Below are positions 46,261-55,378 of a DNA stretch of 64,000 bases, one piece after another. The notes below the pieces were generated by a model. That model made no database searches, was not told the DNA's origin, and saw only the letters and a program-made list of their open reading frames with translations. Position 1 is the stretch's first letter, and each line of letters starts with the position of its first letter. A program made the position numbers and the translations under genes. This DNA comes from a virus, in IMG/VR virus record IMGVR_UViG_3300020464_000002, positions 1 to 64,000 of that record, one strand, 5' to 3'.

Positions 46261-47190
46261 ATGTCAAAAAGAACAGATCCAATCACCTATAACCTAGCAG
46301 ATCGCGGCCGCAAGCATGTTGGCGTTGATCGATCGGACATGAATATTCAATCAATGATTGAGCGTATCAACGCGCCTGATGTTCAAGAGCTGGTGGCCAG
46401 CGGCGATCTATACGGCTATTACGGCCATGAAGTACGCGCACGTTTTGGTATGAACCCGCCTGATGTTTGGTTGAACCCCAAAACTGGCGAAAACATACGC
46501 ATCGAGCCAGCCCTACGCACAATCGAGCTGACCGCCGACAGTGACGGCAATGTCACGTCAAGACATGAGTTTTTAGACACCGATACTGGTAAATACTCAG
46601 AACGTCTTTACACCAACAAGGCTGGCGGGTTTAGCAGTGCTGTTATGCGTAAGCGCGGCGCGTCAGGCAAGTTTGATATCACAGGTTTTTACGGCTTTGA
46701 TTATGTGCGCCAGCCTAATTACAACACCAATCGCGGTAATGGCATGTTCGATAGCTTGTTTTGGCTTGATGAAGAAGAAGCTGAAATGGCGTTTGATAGC
46801 TTGGACAACCTAACCCCGCAGCAAGCCAGCCACAAGGCCGCGCTTGAAGCCGCCATTTTGCACCAGTACGACAGCATTGCCACCGCTAATGAAGCGGACG
46901 TGATGATCGGTCATTACCAAAATGAGTTAATGCGATCGCAAGACGAGCAGATCAGCCGCCAAGAGAAGTTGGAGCGCCTACGCCAGCGCCGCCATGATCG
47001 CAAACTAGAGGTTTTTGACAGTCTGATTTGTCCGTCAGTGCCGTTTGATGAGGCTGTGGCGCAGTGGGATAGTTTCAACGCGCAGGGCACAAGTGATCTT
47101 GACCTACGCACGACAGGCGACACCAAAAAAGCCAAGGCTGATCAAGAGCGCCACCGCCGCGAACGCACCCGCATTTTTAAAGGCCGCTAA
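46261..47190 (+). CDS. possible prohead protease/scaffold-type protein
   Basis: 309-aa ORF. The N-terminal half has YGYYGHEVR, GGFSSAV and FDYVRQPN patterns reminiscent of prohead protease families. C-terminal coiled-coil R/E-rich tail. Confidence 0.3.
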   Translation: MSKRTDPITYNLADRGRKHVGVDRSDMNIQSMIERINAPDVQELVASGDLYGYYGHEVRARFGMNPPDVWLNPKTGENIRIEPALRTIELTADSDGNVTSRHEFLDTDTGKYSERLYTNKAGGFSSAVMRKRGASGKFDITGFYGFDYVRQPNYNTNRGNGMFDSLFWLDEEEAEMAFDSLDNLTPQQASHKAALEAAILHQYDSIATANEADVMIGHYQNELMRSQDEQISRQEKLERLRQRRHDRKLEVFDSLICPSVPFDEAVAQWDSFNAQGTSDLDLRTTGDTKKAKADQERHRRERTRIFKGR

Positions 47191-47199
47191 GGGGTAGGT

Positions 47200-47619
47200 A
47201 TGAGTCAATATCATAAAAATGGGTGTGTGTTTTGTGATCACTCAAAAATACAGGCTGGCGATATAAGAGAGCACCACTTGAGAGGCGTTGATTTTTTGTC
47301 TTTTACGCCGCTTAACCCGATAGCGTTAGGGCACTTGGTGGTGATACCAGTGCCACACGTTGACGATGCCAGCGCCGCGCCTGAAATCACTGGCGCAACG
47401 TTCGAGCTGGCCGCCACGATCGCTAAAGATCTTGGCTTGGATAACTACAACTTAATCGTGAATAAAGGTGCTGACGCAGATCAGACGGTTTTTCATCTTC
47501 ACGTTCACATTGTGCCGCGTTTCAAGGGCGATGAAACCATCACCGTTTGGAATACCAGCGAGGCAGTACAAGCACGCTCAGAATTTACCGACCGACCAAC
47601 CATTTTTAGACGCACTTAG
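47200..47619 (+). CDS. HIT-family (histidine triad) nucleotide hydrolase/transferase
   Basis: Canonical HLHVHIVPR triad (about 47494-47511) and N-terminal CVFC...ALGHLVVIP. Translationally linked within the late operon. Confidence 0.8.
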   Translation: MSQYHKNGCVFCDHSKIQAGDIREHHLRGVDFLSFTPLNPIALGHLVVIPVPHVDDASAAPEITGATFELAATIAKDLGLDNYNLIVNKGADADQTVFHLHVHIVPRFKGDETITVWNTSEAVQARSEFTDRPTIFRRT

Positions 47620-47628
47620 GAGATTATT

Positions 47629-48531
47629 TTGAGTAAAGCTAGCCGTTTGTTATCCCCGCTGGAATCGATACAGAACGCATGGGGATTAAAGCTAAGGGAT
47701 TTTCGCCAGTGGTGCACGCCAGCTGGTCAAAAGTCTATTAGAGACTGGAAAACGCGCCGCATTGAGGGCGCGATCATCGTGGCCAAAGGCAGCATGGTTG
47801 ATGATGTTGAAAGAATGCTAAAGGCCGTCCAGCAGAACGAAAATGCCGAGGCCATGGGTGATACGACCAATTCAGGCACGTCAGTAAATCTACCATTCAT
47901 GGTGACGGCAATCAGCGCCATTGAGTCGCCGCCTGAGCGTGAAGTGGTTATTGGTTCCCCAACATGGCAAAACGTGGTGATCCCGACCGATCCATTGCAA
48001 CGCGTAGTACAGGCAAGAACCGCCGCCGTGTCTTATCGATGCCAAATTGCATTTTTTGCGCCTGATCCTCATGCCGCCTCATCGATTGCCAACCAGTTTG
48101 TTAATTTTTGGAAGCATGAGCGCAAGCGCGGCATTGATGTTTTTTATGAGCTTGGTTTTGCTGGCGAGACAATTATCAAGGATAAGTGGAATTTTAGAGT
48201 CGTAGAAAACACGCTTTACCCTGACAAGGCAGACGTAGGTATTGAGACTGTGCACGCCGTGACGGTTGATTGCATTGTGGTGGGTGCTGAGCCAAACGTA
48301 GTAGGGCTGGGCGGCTATGATGACGATATTACCGATGCTGGCGAACCTGACGGCAGCATACCGCCAACCTTGCCACCAGTGGGCGGCCACCGTGACCCGC
48401 CTGAGAAGCTAAACAGCTTTGTGATTGAAGCGGACGTGATCGAGCGTGAAGCGAATAGACACACCCGCGTAACAGCCGATCCGACCACTGGCGAGGTTAA
48501 CCAATCCGACATTAAGGACGACACACCATGA
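47629..48531 (+). CDS. hypothetical protein
   Basis: 300-aa ORF with a TTG start after AGGAG. Confidence 0.45.
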   Translation: MSKASRLLSPLESIQNAWGLKLRDFRQWCTPAGQKSIRDWKTRRIEGAIIVAKGSMVDDVERMLKAVQQNENAEAMGDTTNSGTSVNLPFMVTAISAIESPPEREVVIGSPTWQNVVIPTDPLQRVVQARTAAVSYRCQIAFFAPDPHAASSIANQFVNFWKHERKRGIDVFYELGFAGETIIKDKWNFRVVENTLYPDKADVGIETVHAVTVDCIVVGAEPNVVGLGGYDDDITDAGEPDGSIPPTLPPVGGHRDPPEKLNSFVIEADVIEREANRHTRVTADPTTGEVNQSDIKDDTP

Positions 48532-49058
48532 GCGATAAAAAGCCAGTAAACCCAAATGCTGTCTATATTGATGCGCGTGCTGCCACCTATGACGGTGAGG
48601 CCGTGCGTATCTTAGCTGTCACCCTTGCTGATACTGGCAAGATCTTGGTCAGTAAGACGGCTGAGTGGCGCGATCAACCAGTGGCCAAAGGCGATACAAT
48701 CGTTGTAACCGATACGCCTAATGTTTTTAATCATTGGAGCCTATCGTTCAATGAAAAAGAGCAAATGCAAGCAGTTATGGCGGCTTATAAGGCCAGCTTA
48801 GCCGCTGGCTTGCTAGTGATCGATAGCTCAGTGCAGCGTTACGACCCTAAACAGGTGATCCAAACGCGCAAGGTCGATGAGCGCGGTAAAGCGCTCGATT
48901 TTGACAGCATGGGGATTAATAACGGCCATATTGCAGTATTGCTTGCAGTGTGGGCGGCAAGATCAGCCCATGGCGGCTATGTTATAACCCGCCAGCCTGA
49001 TCCTGAGCAAAAAGAGGACGAAGCTGACGAGTTCGATATGATGCCATTTAGCATCTAA
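48528..49058 (+). CDS. hypothetical protein (position of a small terminase)
   Basis: 176-aa ORF immediately upstream of the large terminase. No motif recognised. Confidence 0.35.
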   Translation: MSDKKPVNPNAVYIDARAATYDGEAVRILAVTLADTGKILVSKTAEWRDQPVAKGDTIVVTDTPNVFNHWSLSFNEKEQMQAVMAAYKASLAAGLLVIDSSVQRYDPKQVIQTRKVDERGKALDFDSMGINNGHIAVLLAVWAARSAHGGYVITRQPDPEQKEDEADEFDMMPFSI

Positions 49059-49068
49059 GTGAGTTGCA

Positions 49069-50622
49069 ATGATAGAGAGCTTGCTAGAGTTACCTGAATG
49101 GCTTGAGGTATGCGACCGATACCGCTACGACATAACACGTTTTGCGGTTGAAGCACTGGACATGACGGTTGATTCAGGACAGGCCGTAACCCCGCAGCAA
49201 GAATTGCTTTTTCAGTCAATCCAAATTCCAAGTAGTCGCACGTCCGTTGCATCAGGACACGGTACAGGTAAATCTAGGTCGGCTGGCATTATCGCGTTGT
49301 GGCACTTACTGTTTTACCCTGAGTCCGTCATGCTTTTTACCGCGCCGCAAATTGGCCAGTTAAGGACGGTCGTTTGGAAAGAGATCAATATTTGTATTCA
49401 GCGCTTACGCAATAACCCCGCGCTGAGCTGGCTTGCTGATTTTGTCGTGGTGCTGGCAGAAAAGATCTACATTAAGGGCTTTAAAGATACGTGGTTCGTT
49501 TTTGCCAAGACCGCGCCCAAACACCAGCCGACTAACATTGCTGGCCAGCATGGTGATCACTACATGGTATGGGCTGATGAGGCTTGCGGTATCGATGATG
49601 CCGTGATGGAAGTCGCTATCGGTGCATTGACCCATGAAAACAACCGCGCCGTACTGACAAGTCAGCCAGCAACCAACACTGGCTTTTTCTATGACACGCA
49701 CCATAAGCTAAGCCACCATAACGGCGGCGTGTGGATTGCGTTAGAGTTTAACGGCGAGTTATCCCCGCTAGTGAGTGAGTCTAAGCTGATTGAAGCGCTA
49801 TACCAGTATGGCAGCCGCGATCATGCAGGTTATATGATCCGCATACGTGGCAAGTTCCCCGAATTAAAGGGCAAGTTCTTACTGACGCGATCCGAAATAA
49901 CGCAGATGCTCAAGCGTAAACCCGCGATCACTGAGGAAGACGAGTACGGTTACATCATAACCGTGGACGTTGGCGGTGATGTTGGCCGTGATAGCAGCGT
50001 AATCAGTGTATTTAAGGTGGTCGATAAAGACTACCAAGGCCGTATTGAACGCCATGCGCACTTGGTCGATATACCGCTATTTAGCAACCGCGCCAATATT
50101 AATGAGCTAAAAGCCAAGATCTATGCAACGGTAGCTGAATATGCTGGCGCGACCGTTGTTATCGATCCTATGGGCGCTGGTATGGGTTTATGCCAGTCGC
50201 TAAAAGCTGAGGGTTTGTATTTTGAGACTGTCAACTGGGGCGTGCCTTGTTTCAACAACAACCTAAAAACGCTTTACTTCAACAAACGTGCTCACGCTTA
50301 TGTGACCATGGCAAAAACCGTTGAGCGCGGTATATTCAGCATAGCGCCAAAAGTGCGCCGTATGTACCAAGTTGTTACTAACCTTGAAACACAGATGAGC
50401 CGATTACCGTACTTCTTTGACGAAAAATCGCGCTGGGGTATCACTAGCAAAAAAGACATGCTAAAAGACGGTATTACCTCACCTGATATTGCTGATACGT
50501 TCGCGTTCGCGTTCCTTGAAAACATCAATTACACGCCAGCAAACAAGGTCGGATTTAAGGGCAGCGATAAGGACAAACAGCAATGGGAGGACTTGGACGA
50601 ATTGGCCGCGCTTATGGGGTAA
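49069..50622 (+). CDS. terminase large subunit
   Basis: Walker A SGHGTGKS, Walker B MVWADEACG, nuclease-domain acidic motif ITVDVGGDVGRDSSV. Confidence 0.75.
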   Translation: MIESLLELPEWLEVCDRYRYDITRFAVEALDMTVDSGQAVTPQQELLFQSIQIPSSRTSVASGHGTGKSRSAGIIALWHLLFYPESVMLFTAPQIGQLRTVVWKEINICIQRLRNNPALSWLADFVVVLAEKIYIKGFKDTWFVFAKTAPKHQPTNIAGQHGDHYMVWADEACGIDDAVMEVAIGALTHENNRAVLTSQPATNTGFFYDTHHKLSHHNGGVWIALEFNGELSPLVSESKLIEALYQYGSRDHAGYMIRIRGKFPELKGKFLLTRSEITQMLKRKPAITEEDEYGYIITVDVGGDVGRDSSVISVFKVVDKDYQGRIERHAHLVDIPLFSNRANINELKAKIYATVAEYAGATVVIDPMGAGMGLCQSLKAEGLYFETVNWGVPCFNNNLKTLYFNKRAHAYVTMAKTVERGIFSIAPKVRRMYQVVTNLETQMSRLPYFFDEKSRWGITSKKDMLKDGITSPDIADTFAFAFLENINYTPANKVGFKGSDKDKQQWEDLDELAALMG

Positions 50623-50641
50623 GGTGATTAAGTGCTATGTT

Positions 50642-50692
50642 TTGCAACTTGCAATTTGCAATTTGCAAGTTGCAATATCAAGGCGCTTGCAA
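50642..50692. repeat. five tandem TTGCAAN heptads forming a 34-bp palindrome, plus a sixth TTGCAA
   Basis: TTGCAA at 50642, 50649, 50656, 50663, 50670 and 50687. Positions 50642-50675 are self-complementary except for one T-T pair (50655/50662). Confidence 0.85.
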
Positions 50693-50741
50693 ACTAAAAA
50701 GACAACCCGCCGTGACCCTCACATGACCCCGATCAAAGCAA

Positions 50742-50817
50742 TGGAACACGTCTAATCATGCCAGCTGGCACGCGGTAAAATTATCCATACTCATTAATTG
50801 AATAGCGAATAATAATT
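50742..50817 (+). promoter_or_regulatory. late-promoter unit E
   Basis: TGGAACACGTCTAAT 50742-50756. TAAAAT 50776-50781. No clear IR. ATG 50818. Confidence 0.5.
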
Positions 50818-53181
50818 ATGGCGGCTAATACCAAATCTATTATTTTTAAGATCACCGAGGCTGGCAAGCAAGCTGCCCTTGATGCTCAAGAAAATGCAGC
50901 ACAAATAAAAATCAATCTAACACAAGTGGCCGTTGGTACAGGTAAGCGCATTATTACCGGTAATGAAACGGCGTTACTATCCGAAGTTAAGAGATCTGCT
51001 ATTGTCTCAGGCGATATTGAGGTAAACAGTAATACTTTACGCTTTACCAGCCCGATGAATGGCAGCGCTAAAACTGATGTTTACGAGGTGGGGTTGTTCA
51101 CTGATGCCGGCGTATTGTTTGCTGTTGCCTCATCGACTGATAACCCGCTATTTAGCTTGCATCCTGACATTACTTTTGTGATTGGCTTTGGCTTATCTTT
51201 GCAAGACGTGGCAGCCGATAGCGTGACGGTCACAACTGATCCCAATGGGGCGCTGGCAATAGTCATCATGGAGCAGCATTTAGCCGCGCCTGATCCGCAT
51301 CCGCAATATCTTAATAAGGATCGTTTTCAGTTTGCCATGCGTGCCCTATATCCTATCGGTTATCAATATCATTCACACGAAGCGGTAAACCCTAAGCCTA
51401 TCTTTGATGATATTTTAGGAGTCGATACGGCTTGGCGGCGTATCACCGGTAAGATCATAATTGCCTCAGATCCTAACGATCCGTTTATCAATGATCATAG
51501 TATCGTCTTAGGTCAGCGCGGTATGACTGATCTTGCTAGCAGTGGTCAGCGTCCGCATGTCTATCCATTGCAGACAACGCACTTATTTGAGCGTTATGAC
51601 CCTAACTCAAACATCGATACTGTATGGAATGTCAGAGCAGACAAAAACTCTATTGGCGAGGGAGGCAATGTCCGATTTACCGTGACTGCCAATAATCTGC
51701 CGGATGGTCAGTCGCTAGATTGGACGGTTAAAGAGGGGGTGCTCGATAGCGCCAATAATAATATCACCAGTCCTGAGAAAACCGATCAAGGCCAAGTCAC
51801 GTTGACAAATGGTCAAGCGATTATAAATTACACTACCACAGAGGATGATAACGAAGTAGAGCCGCAAAAACACGTCCGCCTAACCGTGGGCGCACCGGCT
51901 AACTTGTCAATCAATGTACCGATCAATGATCTAGGTAACACTGAATCGATTGTCCATATTGCCCAAAGCACAACCAACGGCATACAGCTTGATGAATACT
52001 ACAAACAGCAAAGCGGTAGCTACCCAGCTGCTAGCGATAAGATTCGCTTTATTGTTGATGAAGGCGTGGATATTATCGCACCTGACACGCAAACGCCCGC
52101 ATTGGTAGAGGGCGCGAATTGGCCTACAGGTAATACCCCTATCGTAGAAAATCATGGGCGCATCTTAGGGCGTGGCGGTGACGGTGGACGTAGTGCAGAG
52201 TATCAAGGCGGTCAATTTGTTAATGAATTACCGAAGTCTGAAAATGATGAAAATTGGGTAATGCCGGAGAATGGAAAAAATGGCGGCGTGGCCGTTTATT
52301 CATCAAAACAACCTATCATCATAGAAAACTACAACCTTGTCGCGGGCGGCGGCGGCGGCGGAGCTGGCGGCGGTGCAGTAACCTATAGGATTGACAGTCA
52401 GTACAATGATGCAGGTGCTTATGAAATGGTAGGTGGGAGTGGTTCAGGCGGCGGCGCACCGCTTGGCAAAAGATCGCCTAACGCTAACACTATCGAGAGC
52501 TATTACAAGTATAGTGCAGCAGAGGGTTATACGGTTTTTGATTATGAAAACCTATCATCCCCGATACGCTTCATGATAGTACAGAAAGAAGATGGGAGGT
52601 GCGATTTTTCCCCTTGGTGGAGTGGTGGTGGTGACACTATCAGCAAGATTATCCCCCAAAAAGACCCCACACTTAAAGACTCATTTCCTCGTTTTTTTAC
52701 ACCGTACTACGAAAGCAACGGAGTGGATTATAAGCTCATCTCATACGAGGTAAATGAAGATATCGCAGATCAATCGTTACCTTGGGTACAGGGTAATGGA
52801 GGTAGGGTTTACCATAACCATAGCGTCAAGCTCAGACAATCAACAGACGGCACGATAACTAGCGGCGGTGATTACGGTTATGGGGGTATCGGGATTGTAG
52901 GCGCAAACGTAAGATCAGATCTTGTTATGCCTAATTATTTTGAAGCGTTAGATTTTAGCCAGTATCACGGAGGATCAGGCGGGGATTTAGGTAGCAGTGG
53001 TGGTACAGGCGCAAATATTACTAAGCCAACAATACGAAAATTGTTGGGTGACAGGCTTCTTGGGGATTATGCAAAGGTGCATGAAATAACACCCGCAGCA
53101 AAAGGCGGCTTAGCCGGTTACGTCAAAGAAGGTAATGTCACCATTACAAACTACGGAAGCGGAATAACCAAGGGGCGTTAA
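50818..53181 (+). CDS. tail fibre protein (tail-collar/DUF3751-type N-terminus, glycine-rich distal part)
   Basis: N-terminus FKITEAGKQAALDAQ...TQVAVGTGK...EVGLFTDAGVLFAV matches the P2 gpH-type collar domain. Gly runs GGGGGGAGGG, GGSGSGGG and GGSGGDLGSSGGTG. Confidence 0.65.
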   Translation: MAANTKSIIFKITEAGKQAALDAQENAAQIKINLTQVAVGTGKRIITGNETALLSEVKRSAIVSGDIEVNSNTLRFTSPMNGSAKTDVYEVGLFTDAGVLFAVASSTDNPLFSLHPDITFVIGFGLSLQDVAADSVTVTTDPNGALAIVIMEQHLAAPDPHPQYLNKDRFQFAMRALYPIGYQYHSHEAVNPKPIFDDILGVDTAWRRITGKIIIASDPNDPFINDHSIVLGQRGMTDLASSGQRPHVYPLQTTHLFERYDPNSNIDTVWNVRADKNSIGEGGNVRFTVTANNLPDGQSLDWTVKEGVLDSANNNITSPEKTDQGQVTLTNGQAIINYTTTEDDNEVEPQKHVRLTVGAPANLSINVPINDLGNTESIVHIAQSTTNGIQLDEYYKQQSGSYPAASDKIRFIVDEGVDIIAPDTQTPALVEGANWPTGNTPIVENHGRILGRGGDGGRSAEYQGGQFVNELPKSENDENWVMPENGKNGGVAVYSSKQPIIIENYNLVAGGGGGGAGGGAVTYRIDSQYNDAGAYEMVGGSGSGGGAPLGKRSPNANTIESYYKYSAAEGYTVFDYENLSSPIRFMIVQKEDGRCDFSPWWSGGGDTISKIIPQKDPTLKDSFPRFFTPYYESNGVDYKLISYEVNEDIADQSLPWVQGNGGRVYHNHSVKLRQSTDGTITSGGDYGYGGIGIVGANVRSDLVMPNYFEALDFSQYHGGSGGDLGSSGGTGANITKPTIRKLLGDRLLGDYAKVHEITPAAKGGLAGYVKEGNVTITNYGSGITKGR

Positions 53182-53477
53182 TGCTAACTAATATCTACCT
53201 AAACGCCGTTCGTACCCATGTTGACTTATTGGTACGCCGATCGCGTACCGATAAGCTGATCGTTTGGGATATTGGCACGGATGAAGTGCACGACCCCAGC
53301 TTGGTTGCTTATCGTGCGTATGGGAACCGCGATAATGCAGACGTTGTGATGCTATGCGCTGGCACGAATCGCATTGGCGAGCCGTTGCCGCGCCGTACCA
53401 TCTTCTTACCCTTGCCAGCAAACTTAGCACAGCTTAAACGTGAGCACATGAGCAAGGGGGCTGGTATCGATGGATAA
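53181..53477 (+). CDS. hypothetical protein
   Basis: 98-aa ORF. TAATG overlap with the fibre gene. Confidence 0.45.
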   Translation: MLTNIYLNAVRTHVDLLVRRSRTDKLIVWDIGTDEVHDPSLVAYRAYGNRDNADVVMLCAGTNRIGEPLPRRTIFLPLPANLAQLKREHMSKGAGIDG

Positions 53478-54663
53478 TTACCCCGAAGACTTTTTAAGCC
53501 CTGATCGTGAGGACAGCACCAGTTATCAAGATCGCCAGCTTAACAATATGACGCTCGATGAGCTTAGACGCTGGCGCACGCAAACTGGTAAGACCGTTGG
53601 TCAGCAGCGCAAGCACGCCAGCCGTCAAAAGCGGTATTTTAAGGATGTACTACAAGACATTGAGCACGGCGAACGCCTGACAACCAAAAAATTAGAGTCA
53701 TTGGTTAAGACGGCCAAAAACCGCGCTGGCATTAGTGCTGGCGAGTTATTGGAGTTTACCCTAGGCGATACCAAGCGCAACCGTGAGTTAAAAAAGACGC
53801 TTAACGCCGCGATACTTGATGCCTATCTTGCCAATGTCAAAGCAGCCTCAAACAAGTTTCTAGGCGGTATCACGCCCCAGCAAGTGATCAACCAATCCCG
53901 CGTAGAAGATATCAAGCGTGCCAACACTCAGATTCACCTTGCCAGCGTTTTTAAGCGCAAGGGTAACACGCTTCATTTTGTCACGAACGCAGGTATCGGT
54001 AGTAAGGACACACACCACTATGTCACGGTGCAGCTACTCGACTATCCAAACTTGCTGCTAGGTCGCACTAAAGCGCCAAGCGTGGTGGACGTGAGAGAAG
54101 CAGTTATTGACGGCAAGATTCGCTTCGACTGTGATTGCGGCCGTCATCGCTACTGGTACAGATACGTGGCCACCGTAGGCAAGTATAACTACGGTATCGA
54201 TGAGAACCGCTACCCATCAACGCGCAACCCTAAATTAACTGGCGTGGCTTGTAAGCACGCCTTACGTGTCATGAAGTACGTCACCAGTCCGCACATGATC
54301 GCCAAGATCAGAGATTATGCGCGTGAAGACATAGCCAAGGCCAGCAACCAAGTGAAGTCGCACCGTAGGCCAGCCAGCACGCTAGAACGTGAAGCCATGA
54401 AGCAGACAGAGGCGCTTAATAACTGGAATGGTCGTTTGCATTGGAGCAAAAAGATCAAGCAAGCCGCTACCGCCGCTGAAAAGCAGGTCAAAGCCGAGCA
54501 AAAGCGCCAGCAAGCTAAGTCGCCTCATCAGCCCACGCAAGCCGAACGCGCCAGCTACCAGTACGCCAAAAATCAGCTAGGCAAAAAGAACGTGCCAGCC
54601 AATTTTAAAGAGATCTATCAAACCGAAGTTAATAACTATCAGAAAAAATGGGGCAATAAATGA
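53470..54663 (+). CDS. SWIM-like zinc-finger protein in the head module
   Basis: CDC (about 54130) ... CKH (about 54250) gives a CxC...CxH arrangement. Basic N- and C-terminal regions. Confidence 0.4.
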   Translation: MDNYPEDFLSPDREDSTSYQDRQLNNMTLDELRRWRTQTGKTVGQQRKHASRQKRYFKDVLQDIEHGERLTTKKLESLVKTAKNRAGISAGELLEFTLGDTKRNRELKKTLNAAILDAYLANVKAASNKFLGGITPQQVINQSRVEDIKRANTQIHLASVFKRKGNTLHFVTNAGIGSKDTHHYVTVQLLDYPNLLLGRTKAPSVVDVREAVIDGKIRFDCDCGRHRYWYRYVATVGKYNYGIDENRYPSTRNPKLTGVACKHALRVMKYVTSPHMIAKIRDYAREDIAKASNQVKSHRRPASTLEREAMKQTEALNNWNGRLHWSKKIKQAATAAEKQVKAEQKRQQAKSPHQPTQAERASYQYAKNQLGKKNVPANFKEIYQTEVNNYQKKWGNK

Positions 54664-55226
54664 GCTTACGGATAGAAAATGAGCTGGTGACGAATGGCCA
54701 GCGTTTGGCCAATCGCATTATCACCTTGCGCAGTCAGTCAGTGATCCCTACCTTTGCTTTTAGACGCGTTGTTTTACCAGTCGGTGACAGTACCAACGAC
54801 CGCGACCGTGATACTTGGTCAGGGCTTGGCACGGTAAGCAATAGCGATGAGCACGCGATTGATTACAAGCCGTTAGGTCATGCCATGGTTTTAATGCTCG
54901 ATAGCTTGGGCGGCGCGTTTCATGATACTGGCATGTTTGTTTTGCCCGAAGAAATGTCATCGATCGTACTGGTTGAGCCTTACGATATCAAGTTGCAGGG
55001 CGATGAGCGCTTAAAAAATATGCCAAATTGGGAGCCAAAAAAAGGCGATCTTCTTTGTTTTATGCTAAACGGCCATAAGGAGTACCACGAAGTCACAGGC
55101 ATCATGGCGCAAGCAATGCTTGCCAGCGCTGGCAAGCGATACGCACTGGCGCAGCGCTTCGATCTTGACTACCTCGATGCGTTTGACGAGAGCGACATAA
55201 AGGATGTGGCCACGCCCTATGAGTAA
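54660..55226 (+). CDS. hypothetical head-module protein
   Basis: 188-aa ORF with an ATGA overlap. Followed by terminator 55252-55274. Confidence 0.45.
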   Translation: MSLRIENELVTNGQRLANRIITLRSQSVIPTFAFRRVVLPVGDSTNDRDRDTWSGLGTVSNSDEHAIDYKPLGHAMVLMLDSLGGAFHDTGMFVLPEEMSSIVLVEPYDIKLQGDERLKNMPNWEPKKGDLLCFMLNGHKEYHEVTGIMAQAMLASAGKRYALAQRFDLDYLDAFDESDIKDVATPYE

Positions 55227-55251
55227 AAATCAATATACCAATCACTAAATA

Positions 55252-55274
55252 AGCCGCCTAATAAGCGGCTTTTT
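55252..55274 (+). terminator. intrinsic terminator
   Basis: AGCCGC ctaataa GCGGCT followed by TTTT. Confidence 0.65.
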
Positions 55275-55279
55275 GCGTT

Positions 55280-55378
55280 TGGAACACCCCTAAAACGCCC
55301 ATTTGAAACGCTATTAACATTAATCCTATCAGTTTAGATGTTCTATCACTATCCAACCGACCATATAGGATTAACCCC
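55280..55378 (+). promoter_or_regulatory. late-promoter unit F (capsid gene)
   Basis: TGGAACACCCCTAAAACG 55280-55297. TAACAT 55315-55320. IR AATCCTAT/ATAGGATT 55322-55329/55365-55372. ATG 55379. Confidence 0.6.
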
